Under the pieces are notes generated by a model. That model made no database searches. It saw only the letters and a program-made list of their open reading frames with translations, and was not told where the DNA came from. A stretch of 64,000 bases of DNA, taken from an uncultured Thermodesulfobacteriota bacterium. Its GTDB lineage: Bacteria; Desulfobacterota; WTBG01; CAIYCZ01; CAIRTM01. A program made the translations under genes and the position numbers. The number at the start of each line of letters is the position of its first letter. The first letter of the stretch is position 1. The stretch lies in assembly GCA_964387595.1 (NCBI GenBank), contig CAYLYF010000002.1, forward strand, positions 7,403 through 71,402. The letters run 5' to 3'. This document shows positions 18,339 through 27,478 of this stretch, piece after piece.

Positions 18339-18690
18339 ATGCGTAAAATATTAATAATGTGTTCAAAGGGAACATATTGCCTTGTTTTAATTCTGTGCAT
18401 GTCGGCGATCCTGTTAACTCTGCCTGAAACGCCACAGGCACAGCTTGCTGATTCTGCCTGACCAATGTTCAGACATGATGTGAGGCGCCACCGGTCTTAC
18501 CTCTGCTTTAGGCACAGAGGTGGGTATAAGAAAAATGTATTTTTGATACTGATAATCCCGCGTATCTGTGGCGTTTTCAGACCGGGGGAGCCATTGAGTC
18601 ATCTCCCGCAATCGATGAAGATGGAACCGTACGCCGAAGTAATATATGTTTCACAAGTTAAGACCGGGATTTTATTTTAACTTTTTAGTG
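18339..18690 (+). pseudogene. Remnant of a secreted PQQ-repeat (beta-propeller) protein gene
   Basis: After an AGGAGGG RBS and ATG comes a 40-aa signal-peptide ORF. It is followed in a shifted frame by WPMFRHD (a typical mature N-terminus of PQQ-repeat proteins), then by TGGAIESSPAIDEDGTV (a PQQ repeat) in another frame, then a stop. Only ~350 bp remain. Confidence 0.5.
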
Positions 18691-19140
18691 TTTAATTGAT
18701 TAAAAATGTATATATCAAAAAATGAATTAGATAATCTTATTATCATATGTGTCAATTTTTTTAAAATAATATGAAACGAATAGAGTGAAATGATTAGAGA
18801 TGGATCAAAACAAGATATGCATAACTGTTGACTCAGATCTTGAATATCTTATCCCCGGTTTTTTATTAAGAAAAAAAGAGGATGTCGATTCCATAATGTT
18901 ACTAATTGAAAAGGTTGAATTTGATTAAATTAGAATTCTGGGACACAGTATGAAAGGTTCCGGGGTAGGGTACGGCTTTGACAAGATAACCGAAATGGGT
19001 GCTTTAATAGAGGTTTTTTTGAAAGAGAAAAATGGTGAGAAAATAAAAAAGGTTGTTAATGATCTTTGTGTTTTTTTAGATAATATCAAGGTGGTTTATG
19101 AATAGTTTTTTTTTATAAATTTAAGTGCTGTTATTTTAAT

Positions 19141-20079
19141 TTAGTCCTCAAACATCGCATCGACAAAATCTTTTGCATTAAATTCCCGGAGATCGTCCAT
19201 CTTTTCACCGATACCAATATATCTGACCGGGACATCAATTATCTCAGATACGGCTACGATTACACCGCCTTTTGCCGTACCGTCAAGTTTTGTAAGTGCT
19301 AATCCTGATACATCTATTGTTTCTTTAAAAACTTTAGACTGTGACACGGCATTTTGACCGGTAGTGGCATCAAGGACTAAAAGTGTTTCATGAGGCGCCT
19401 CCGGATGTGCTTTTTTAATCACTTTATATATTTTTTTAAGTTCTTCCATTAAGGGGGCTTTTGTTTGCAGTCTGCCTGCTGTATCGATTATAAGAACATC
19501 TATATCATTGGCTTTTGCTGATTTTAAAGCATCGAATGCTACTGCAGAGGGATCGGCCCCATGTTTATGTTTTATAACTTTGCATCCGACCCGGTCACCC
19601 CAGATCTCAAGCTGTTCGATTGCGGCTGCCCTGAAAGTGTCTGCAGCGGCAAGCATAACTGAATGCCCTTCATTTTTAAATTTATTTGCGAGTTTTGCAA
19701 TAGTTGTTGTTTTTCCGGTTCCGTTTACGCCGACAGCTAATATGGTAAAAGGTTTACTGTTTTTATTGATAACCAGTTTTTTATCGTGTTTTTGAAGTGT
19801 TTCCAGAATATTATCTTTCAGCACCTCTTTTAGCTTATTCGGATTTTTAAGTTCATTCCGTTTTACTTTAAAACGGACCTCATCCATAAATTTCATTACG
19901 GAGTTAATGCCCAGATCAGATGAGATCAGGATCTCTTCAAATTTGTCCAGTATTTCATCATTTATCTCTCTTTTTCCGAGAGTCGCTTCGTCTAAACGAC
20001 GTATTACCGTCTGATGTGTTTTTGCCAGTCCGTTTTTCAGCCTGCTGAAAAATCCGGGCTTCTTCTCATTATTATTCAT
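19141..20079 (-). CDS. ftsY: Signal recognition particle receptor FtsY (short form, NG domain only)
   Basis: The ORF has GVNGTGKTTT P-loop, DTAGR and TKLDGTAKGG motifs and is 312 aa. Confidence 0.95.
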   Translation of the reverse strand: MNNNEKKPGFFSRLKNGLAKTHQTVIRRLDEATLGKREINDEILDKFEEILISSDLGINSVMKFMDEVRFKVKRNELKNPNKLKEVLKDNILETLQKHDKKLVINKNSKPFTILAVGVNGTGKTTTIAKLANKFKNEGHSVMLAAADTFRAAAIEQLEIWGDRVGCKVIKHKHGADPSAVAFDALKSAKANDIDVLIIDTAGRLQTKAPLMEELKKIYKVIKKAHPEAPHETLLVLDATTGQNAVSQSKVFKETIDVSGLALTKLDGTAKGGVIVAVSEIIDVPVRYIGIGEKMDDLREFNAKDFVDAMFED

Positions 20080-20100
20080 GTAAGAACCAGAAAATGGAGG

Positions 20101-23100
20101 TTAATTTAGGTTAACAGAAACTATCTTTGACACACCTTTTTCCTCCATGGTTACACCATAAAGTGAATTAGCGGCCTGCATGGAAAGCTTATTGTGTGTT
20201 ACGATCAGGAACTGAGATCGTTCTGCCATTTTATGGAGATGAGAAATGAATCGTCCAATGTTTGAATCATCCAGTGGCGCATCAATTTCATCCATTAAGC
20301 AAAATGGACTGGGTTTTGTCAGAAAAATTGCAAACATCAGAGAAATAACCGTTAGCGCTCTTTCACCGCCTGAAAGAAGATCAAGGCTCTGCAGCTTTTT
20401 GCCCGGAGGCTGTGAGAAAATATCAATACCGGTTTCAAGAATGTTGGATTCATCAGTGAGCTGCATGTATGCTTTACCGCCGTTAAAAAGAAGCGGAAAT
20501 AGCTGTTTGAAATGATTATTGATTTCATTAAAGGTTTCAGAGAATTTCTGCCGGGTTATCTTGTTTATTCTTGTGATGACGTTCTGCAGCGAATCTATGG
20601 ACTGATGCAAATCATCAGACTGTTCTGTTAGAAAGGTGTACCTTTGTTCAAGATCTTCAAATTCTTTAGCAGCGCCAAGGTTAACATCACCGATATTATC
20701 AAGACGTTTCTTTAGCTTTTCAAGGTGCTCTTTTGATTCTTCTTCGTTAAAATTATTGTCGTCCTGTGCCGGCGGTAAGGCGGCAAGGTCCATTGCGTAC
20801 TTATCAGACAGGTCATCTTTAAGATGGTCCGTATGGATGGTTGCCTCGTTCAGCTTAAGTTCAATATCCCGGACTTTGGGTTCTATCTCATCCCAGCGCG
20901 TTCTTAAATTCTTTAAAAGTTCATCGTCGGATTTAACTATTTCTTCAAGTGAATGCTCATTTCTTCTTTCCTCATCAATCCGTTTATTCAGTTCCTGACT
21001 TTTCATTATTTTGGATTGAAGTTGATTTTTCGTCCCTTCAATATTATTTGAAAGTGTACCGGTGTTTGATTCCAGTTTATTTTTTTCATCTTTCAAACTG
21101 TTGATCTTTGATTTTGATGAAATGAGTCCATTGTTCAGCCGGTCAATATCAGTAAGCAGGTTTTCCTTTTTTTGTTTAACCGATGCCAGTAATATCCTTA
21201 ATTCGGTGTGATCGGTTTCCAGACTTAACAGTGATTCTTTCTGAGCATTTTCTGAAAGGGTGAGCTCGGCAAGATAGGACTGTTTGTTTTGTTCTTCTTT
21301 TTCGATTGAATCTTTGTCCAGCTCGAGTTTCTTAATGTCCCTTTGATGATTTTCAAGCTGGTTTGTGCTTTCAGCCGCGTCTTTTGCCAGTAAATTTAAT
21401 TTTTCTTCTTCCAGCTGGTTTTCTCGAATAAGCTGTTCATCAATTGTCTTTTCCTGAACAAGCATGATATTGAGTTCATTTTGCTCTCTTGAGAGTTGTT
21501 CTAAAAGTAAAGTTGCACTGTTTAAGTCTTTTTCAATATTTTCTTTTGTTTCATTAACAGTATTAAATCTTGTTTCAAGCTGACTTAGCGATTCAGTGTA
21601 TTCTCTTATCTCTCTGTTTCTTTTTAATATTCCGGTACCAGAACTTGTTGTCGATCCCCCGGTGATGGTACCTTTTTCATCGATCAGATCACCTTCTAAA
21701 GTAACGAAGGTACATTTGCTTGAAATGTTTTCTCTAAGGCTGATCGCAGTTGTTATGTTATCGCAAAGATAGACATCAGATAAAAGTGAATCGATAACTT
21801 TTCCATAATCATCTTTTGCTTTTATAAGTTTTAAAAGGGGAGTGCAGCCTGTAATTTCCGGATTGTTCAGAGAAGGGCCACCGGCAGACGGGGTTAGAAA
21901 AGAGATCTTGCCGTTTTTCTGACTTTTTAAGTAATCAATTGCTTTTAAACCGTCTTCGGTAGAGCTGAAGATCAAGGCCTGCAGCTTTCTGCCAAGTGCT
22001 GCTTCAAGGGCTGTTTCGTGTTTTGGTTTGGTTACAATAAAATCTGCAAGTAGACCGACGATACCGTTTATTTCGTCATGGTTATCTTTATGGGCCTGCA
22101 TTACAGTTCTTACGCCTTCATCAAAACCTTCAAGATTGTTCTGAAGTTCTGTAAGAGAGTTTAAGTGCGCCTTCTTGTTTCCGATTTCATCTTTCAGATC
22201 GTTATATACCGTTGTCTTTTCATTGAGAGAGGTTTTTAATGATTGAATTTTGTTTGATTGTGAATTTATGCTTATATTCTTTTGTTCAAGACTATCAGAG
22301 GTTTCATTTACTTTATTCTTTTGATTAATGATCCTGACTTTCAGCTCTAAATGGTTTGATATACTTATATTATTTTCTTCTTCAATTTTTTTAAGCTTCT
22401 GGCTTATCTCTTCCTGGAGCCTGGTGTTCAGTTTAATTGAGTTGTTGATCTCTGTTCTTTTAAGGGTTATCTGCATCAAGTCATCTTTTTCAATTCCGAT
22501 CTTTTCCTGAATCGCAGTTAGACTATTCTTTGAGACGGAGAGATATTCAGACGAACCGTTAAAATCACTTTCAAGAGAACTTATTTTCTGCAGGATAGCT
22601 TCAAGATCGTTTTTCCTTGTTATTATTTCATTATCAATATTTTCCAGATCATCAGAAAGTTCTTTTATTGTCTGGCTGCTTTTTATGATCAATGAATGTG
22701 TGTTTTGAAGTTCTCTTTCATTGAGCTGGATACTGCTTTCCTCATTTTGAATAGATTCTTTATGCGAATAATAATCCTGCTGCAGTTGCTCTATTTTCTT
22801 ATGGAGCTCTTCAAGATCAAGGCGGTTTTTTTCAAGGTTTGCCTCTGTTGAATTTCTATTTGCAGAGAGGTTGATCTCTTCATCACGATATTTAGTTAAC
22901 TGCTCCTTTAATTCCCGGGTTGATTTGTTAAGATTTTTTAGTCTTAAAGCGGTAAGCAGCAGTTCGATATTTCTGATCTCTTCTGTTATGGTCCGGTGTC
23001 TTTTAAGCCTTTTAACCTGGAGACTCAGTGTATGCATCTGGATCTTAATCTCATTTAAAAGATCATTTAAACGATGAAGGTTATTCCGGGTAGAATTCAT

Positions 23101-23694
23101 TTTATTCACCGCTTCTTTTTTTCTTGAGCGGTATTTGGATATTCCGGCTGCTTCTTCAATAAGGATTCTTCTTTCATCCGGTTTAAGGCTCAGAATAAAA
23201 TCGACCTTACCCTGTTCCATGATTGAATATGATTTTGTACCTACGCCTGAATCCAGAAAAAGTTCAACGATGTCTTTTAAACGGCAGGAGACCTTATTTA
23301 TAAAATACTCGCTTTCACCGGATCTGAACAGTTTTCGGGTTACCATCAGCTGGTTGGCAAGCTTAGAACTTTCAGAAGTTCTAAGCGTATTCCCATTACC
23401 GTTTCCATTGCCATTTCCATTGCCGTTATCATTTACGTTAGTCAGTATCAACGATACTTCTGCCATTCCGTTTGCTTTACGTGACTGACTGCCGTTAAAG
23501 ATCAGGTCTTCCATCTTTGAGCCGCGAAGATGACGGGCATTGTGTTCTCCCATTATCCATCTAACAGCATCAATTACATTGCTCTTGCCGCATCCATTCG
23601 GTCCGACAAGTGCTGTTATTCCCGGCTCAAAATTTAATTTGACCGGGTCTACAAATGATTTAAAACCTGAAATTTCTAATGAACTTATTCTCAT
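20101..23694 (-). CDS. smc: Chromosome segregation protein SMC
   Basis: The ORF is 1197 aa with an N-terminal Walker A (GPNGCGKSN), long coiled coils, a hinge, and a C-terminal signature LSGGE plus Walker B. Being adjacent to ftsY is a common arrangement. Confidence 0.95.
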   Translation of the reverse strand: MRISSLEISGFKSFVDPVKLNFEPGITALVGPNGCGKSNVIDAVRWIMGEHNARHLRGSKMEDLIFNGSQSRKANGMAEVSLILTNVNDNGNGNGNGNGNGNTLRTSESSKLANQLMVTRKLFRSGESEYFINKVSCRLKDIVELFLDSGVGTKSYSIMEQGKVDFILSLKPDERRILIEEAAGISKYRSRKKEAVNKMNSTRNNLHRLNDLLNEIKIQMHTLSLQVKRLKRHRTITEEIRNIELLLTALRLKNLNKSTRELKEQLTKYRDEEINLSANRNSTEANLEKNRLDLEELHKKIEQLQQDYYSHKESIQNEESSIQLNERELQNTHSLIIKSSQTIKELSDDLENIDNEIITRKNDLEAILQKISSLESDFNGSSEYLSVSKNSLTAIQEKIGIEKDDLMQITLKRTEINNSIKLNTRLQEEISQKLKKIEEENNISISNHLELKVRIINQKNKVNETSDSLEQKNISINSQSNKIQSLKTSLNEKTTVYNDLKDEIGNKKAHLNSLTELQNNLEGFDEGVRTVMQAHKDNHDEINGIVGLLADFIVTKPKHETALEAALGRKLQALIFSSTEDGLKAIDYLKSQKNGKISFLTPSAGGPSLNNPEITGCTPLLKLIKAKDDYGKVIDSLLSDVYLCDNITTAISLRENISSKCTFVTLEGDLIDEKGTITGGSTTSSGTGILKRNREIREYTESLSQLETRFNTVNETKENIEKDLNSATLLLEQLSREQNELNIMLVQEKTIDEQLIRENQLEEEKLNLLAKDAAESTNQLENHQRDIKKLELDKDSIEKEEQNKQSYLAELTLSENAQKESLLSLETDHTELRILLASVKQKKENLLTDIDRLNNGLISSKSKINSLKDEKNKLESNTGTLSNNIEGTKNQLQSKIMKSQELNKRIDEERRNEHSLEEIVKSDDELLKNLRTRWDEIEPKVRDIELKLNEATIHTDHLKDDLSDKYAMDLAALPPAQDDNNFNEEESKEHLEKLKKRLDNIGDVNLGAAKEFEDLEQRYTFLTEQSDDLHQSIDSLQNVITRINKITRQKFSETFNEINNHFKQLFPLLFNGGKAYMQLTDESNILETGIDIFSQPPGKKLQSLDLLSGGERALTVISLMFAIFLTKPSPFCLMDEIDAPLDDSNIGRFISHLHKMAERSQFLIVTHNKLSMQAANSLYGVTMEEKGVSKIVSVNLN
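23392..23427 (-). repeat. In-frame hexanucleotide microsatellite (6 units) encoding (Asn-Gly)6 inside smc
   Basis: CCATTRCCRTTT-type repeats are read directly and translate as NGNGNGNGNGNG in the SMC N-terminal head-proximal region. Confidence 0.7.
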
Positions 23695-24065
23695 TTACAA
23701 AACCTCATGTATGATATTTATATTGTTTGCGTAACTGACTGATTAAACAATATATATTTTTTTATTATATTTCAGATTGTTTGTCGGGAAATTTTGCTTA
23801 ATCGTATCAGAGAAAAATACTAGTGTAAAGAAAAAAACACAATATATTGTTGTCCAAACAACCAATATTACCACCTGTTGTATGTGCTTATTTTTATATA
23901 ATCATTTAAAATAATTGAAAACAGCTTATAATTTATGGTTTTGATGATTTTAATTATTTTAATTAGTAATAATTTAATCTGTATGCTATTTTCTTACTAA
24001 GAATGAAGTATATTAATACAGCTATTTATCACTTTAACCTATTGAAATATGTTTGGAATTTAAAA

Positions 24066-25460
24066 ATGACCGCAATAATTGACAGATTATCTAAGGTGCT
24101 TGGGACACATAAAGTAACGGCTGATAAGGATATTCTTTGTAAGTATTCTGTTGATGAAACTTCAGATTTAGAGTTTTTTCCTGACATACTGGTTCGTGCT
24201 GAAACCGTTGAGGATGTCAGCAATACTTTAAAAATATGTAATGAATTCAGGGTTCCTGTTACGCCAAGAGGCGCAGGTACAGGTGTTACCGGCGGTTCTG
24301 TACCTGTTAAAGGCGGTCTGGTTCTCTCAACTGAAAAGATGAACCGGATAATTGAAATTGATAAAGTAAATATGATAGCTGTTGTTCAGCCGGGTGTGAT
24401 TACTTATGATTTACAAAAAGCGGCTTTAAAAGAAGGTCTTATGTATCCGCCTGATCCTGCAAGCCTTGAAACCTGTTCGATCGGTGGAAATGTGGCTGAA
24501 AATGCCGGTGGCCCAAAAGCAGTAAAATATGGAATTACCAAGGATTATGTTTTGGGTCTTGAAACCGTCCTCGCTGACGGTACCCTTATAAATACCGGCG
24601 GTAAAACAGTTAAAAATGCAACCGGGTATAATTTAACCGGAATTATTCTTGGTTCTGAAGGTACTTTAGCTGTGATTACGAAAATTTATTTGAGGCTGGT
24701 ATCTTCACCGCATTCTTTTAGAGATATTTTAATCCCCTTTGACAGTATGGAAAAAGCTGTTGATGCTGTAAATTCTATACTTCTCCACAGGATTGTCCCG
24801 GCTACAATTGAGTTTATGGAAAAAGATGCGATTGATCTGGTCTCTAAACATACAGATGAAAGCATTCCCCATCCGGAAGCCGGTGCGCATTTATTAATTC
24901 AGATAGATGGTGATTCTGATGATGCGGTCTATTGCTTAATCAACAGAATAGCGGAAGTCGTTGAAGTGGATAACAATCAAATACTTGTTGCAGATTCATT
25001 AAGTCAGAGCAATAGGATCTGGAAAGCAAGGAGATCGATCAGGGAGTCCATTACCAACTGTAGTCCTGTATTTTTAGCAGAGGACTGTGTTGTGCCGCGT
25101 TCTGTAATACATCTGTTTTTAAAATCATTAAAAGAATATTTTATATCAAAAGGACTTTTTTCGGTAATGTTTGGACATGCCGGTGACGGTAATGTCCATG
25201 TTGATATATTAAAAGGAGAGATGGACTATCAAAAATGGAAAATTCTTATACCTGAACTTAAAAAGGAGATATATAAAAGGGCCATTGATATGGGTGGTAC
25301 CATAACAGGAGAGCATGGAATCGGTTATTTAAGGAAAGATTATTTGTCCATGGCTCTTTCAAAAGAGGAGATAAGTCTGCAGCAAAGAATAAAAAAAGCT
25401 TTTGATCCAAACCTTATCCTTAATCCAGAAAAGATATTCCCCTTTTCAGAAGACTCTTAA
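24066..25460 (+). CDS. FAD-linked oxidase (GlcD / D-lactate dehydrogenase family)
   Basis: An FAD-binding PCMH-type domain (RGAGTGVTGG) and a C-terminal FAD-oxidase domain are present. The start is taken at MTAIIDRL; the track ORF begins 21 codons upstream, at 24003. Confidence 0.8.
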   Translation: MTAIIDRLSKVLGTHKVTADKDILCKYSVDETSDLEFFPDILVRAETVEDVSNTLKICNEFRVPVTPRGAGTGVTGGSVPVKGGLVLSTEKMNRIIEIDKVNMIAVVQPGVITYDLQKAALKEGLMYPPDPASLETCSIGGNVAENAGGPKAVKYGITKDYVLGLETVLADGTLINTGGKTVKNATGYNLTGIILGSEGTLAVITKIYLRLVSSPHSFRDILIPFDSMEKAVDAVNSILLHRIVPATIEFMEKDAIDLVSKHTDESIPHPEAGAHLLIQIDGDSDDAVYCLINRIAEVVEVDNNQILVADSLSQSNRIWKARRSIRESITNCSPVFLAEDCVVPRSVIHLFLKSLKEYFISKGLFSVMFGHAGDGNVHVDILKGEMDYQKWKILIPELKKEIYKRAIDMGGTITGEHGIGYLRKDYLSMALSKEEISLQQRIKKAFDPNLILNPEKIFPFSEDS

Positions 25461-25522
25461 TATGCTAAGTAAAAGGTATATTAAGTAATATATTATTATA
25501 AAATACAAAAAGTTCTTTAGCT

Positions 25523-26194
25523 ATGGTAACAATAAAAAATAAAAAGCCTTCCCATGTTTTTGAAGTAAACGACTGTGCCATAATCACCCGGATGGGCGGT
25601 GTAGGGACTGCGATAAATCTTAGAGAATTGAAGGAAAGACTTATCAGCTGTTCAATTGACTGTTTATATTATCATTTCTGTGAAACCCTTATTCGTCCTA
25701 CATTTGATAACCCTGAATATAGAAATGATTTTGCCCTGTGGTCTGCTTATAAATTAAGGGATAGAGTCCTGGCAGAACGCCTTGGAATTATTAACCCATA
25801 CAGTTTTGATGATTTGGAAGGTTTAAGAGAAAGGGTGTTAGAAATTATAGACGAGCGTCTAAGCAGCCTTAATTATATACCTTCTGTTCCAAAAGGTGAT
25901 GAGTTTATTTTTATGCGGGCCGCAACTGTTGTTTTTGATACTGGTATTGTATTACACCAGCCTGAAGATCTTTTTTTAAAACTGCCTTTAATGAGCAGAA
26001 GTACGATTTATTATCACTTTATGGAAGCAAGGAGACGTACTCAGGACAGGGTAGATGATTTTACGTTCTGGATAAAGTTTCATCCTGAAAAAAATCAGCA
26101 AATAATTGAAGAATTAGCAAAAATTGATTTCTATTTTTTAAATTTAAATGAGCTGAAAACGGTCCTGATCGATACACTTAAAAATATCCATTAA
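25523..26194 (+). CDS. Conserved hypothetical protein (223 aa), co-directional and adjacent to the treT-like gene
   Basis: No motif was recognised and there is no HAD DxDGT signature. It is tightly packed, with a 6-bp gap, ahead of the GT4 gene. Confidence 0.5.
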   Translation: MVTIKNKKPSHVFEVNDCAIITRMGGVGTAINLRELKERLISCSIDCLYYHFCETLIRPTFDNPEYRNDFALWSAYKLRDRVLAERLGIINPYSFDDLEGLRERVLEIIDERLSSLNYIPSVPKGDEFIFMRAATVVFDTGIVLHQPEDLFLKLPLMSRSTIYYHFMEARRRTQDRVDDFTFWIKFHPEKNQQIIEELAKIDFYFLNLNELKTVLIDTLKNIH

Positions 26195-26200
26195 ACGGTT

Positions 26201-27463
26201 ATGATGAAACCAAAAACATTAAAAGATTATAAAAAAATTGCAGGAAAAATTGCGATCTCACAGCTGGAACAGCTAAGTCAGAATCTAAAAGGGGCAAAAG
26301 TTGTTCATGTAAATTCAACCCGTGAAGGCGGCGGCGTTGCTGAGATACTTAACTGGATGATCTCTTTAATGAACGATCTGGGTCTTAATGCCAGTTGGGA
26401 AGTAATCGAGGGTAATGAGAAATATTTTGATGTAACCAAGGCTTTTCATAACGGTATGCAGGGAACTCCGATCAGGCTGACCGGTGAGATGATAAAGAAT
26501 TATGAAGATACTCTAAATACAAATTTTAAACGTTTACAGCCGGTACTTGAAGAGGCTGATTTTGTGTTTATTCATGATCCGCAGCCGGCAGCTTTTCTTG
26601 ACATGTGTCCCAATAGAAAAGGGAAGTGGGTCTGGAGATGTCATATTGATTCAAGTAATCCGTCAAGAGAGGTTTGGAAATATTTAAGAAGTAAGGTTGT
26701 TAATTATGATGCAAGTATATTTTCAATGCCGACTTTTGCCCAGCCTTTACCCCACCCGCAGTTTGTGATTGCACCCAGTATTGACCCTTTAAGTGAAAAG
26801 AACTGTGAAATTAATAAAAAGGAAATTAAGGAGACATTAAAGAAATATAATATACCTGATAATGTTCCAATACTCACCCAGGTATCAAGGTTTGATAGAT
26901 TCAAGGATCCTTTGGGAGTGATCGAGGCATTTAATGAACTGACCAAGACAATCCCTGCTGAACTTGTTCTGGCCGGAGGGAGGGCTACGGATGATCCGGA
27001 AGGGCAGGTCGTTTTAGAAGAAGTACAAAAAGCAGCAGCTGATAATAAACACATACATGTATTGATGCTGCCCAGTGATGCTCACCGGACTATAAATGCA
27101 TTACAGCGGGCATCGACTATTATTATTCAGAAATCGATTCAGGAAGGTTTCGGGCTTACCGTTACAGAAGCACTGTTAAAAGAAAAACCTGTGATCGGCG
27201 GCAATGTGGGGGGGATAAAGCTTCAGCTCCATAACTATTATACCGGTTTTCTTGTTGAAACCCCGGAAGGAGCTGCTTTAAGGATCAGAGAGCTTCTCCA
27301 TGATAATGAAAAAATTAAAAGAATGGGGAGAACGGCAAAACAGTTTGTAATCGAAAACTTTTTGCTCACCCGGCATCTCAGGGAATACCTCACTCTTCTC
27401 GTCGGTTTAAAGTGCAATCTTACAAATTATGTACTTACCGAATCAAAGGATTTCAACTCATAA
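26201..27463 (+). CDS. treT: Retaining GT4 glycosyltransferase resembling trehalose glycosyltransferring synthase TreT
   Basis: Motifs shared with archaeal/bacterial TreT as recalled from memory include VHVNSTxxGGGVAEIL, WRCHID, PSIDPLSEKN, TQVSRFD, REGFGLTVTEA and GGIKxQ. The ORF is 420 aa. Confidence 0.65.
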   Translation: MMKPKTLKDYKKIAGKIAISQLEQLSQNLKGAKVVHVNSTREGGGVAEILNWMISLMNDLGLNASWEVIEGNEKYFDVTKAFHNGMQGTPIRLTGEMIKNYEDTLNTNFKRLQPVLEEADFVFIHDPQPAAFLDMCPNRKGKWVWRCHIDSSNPSREVWKYLRSKVVNYDASIFSMPTFAQPLPHPQFVIAPSIDPLSEKNCEINKKEIKETLKKYNIPDNVPILTQVSRFDRFKDPLGVIEAFNELTKTIPAELVLAGGRATDDPEGQVVLEEVQKAAADNKHIHVLMLPSDAHRTINALQRASTIIIQKSIQEGFGLTVTEALLKEKPVIGGNVGGIKLQLHNYYTGFLVETPEGAALRIRELLHDNEKIKRMGRTAKQFVIENFLLTRHLREYLTLLVGLKCNLTNYVLTESKDFNS

Positions 27464-27478
27464 TAAAATTTTATACTT

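Noticed and set aside
18800-19105. Two adjacent small ORFs (42 and 51 aa) in the long ftsY-upstream intergenic region
   Set aside because: No recognisable domain or convincing RBS. They could be fragments of a further decayed gene, but the evidence is insufficient.
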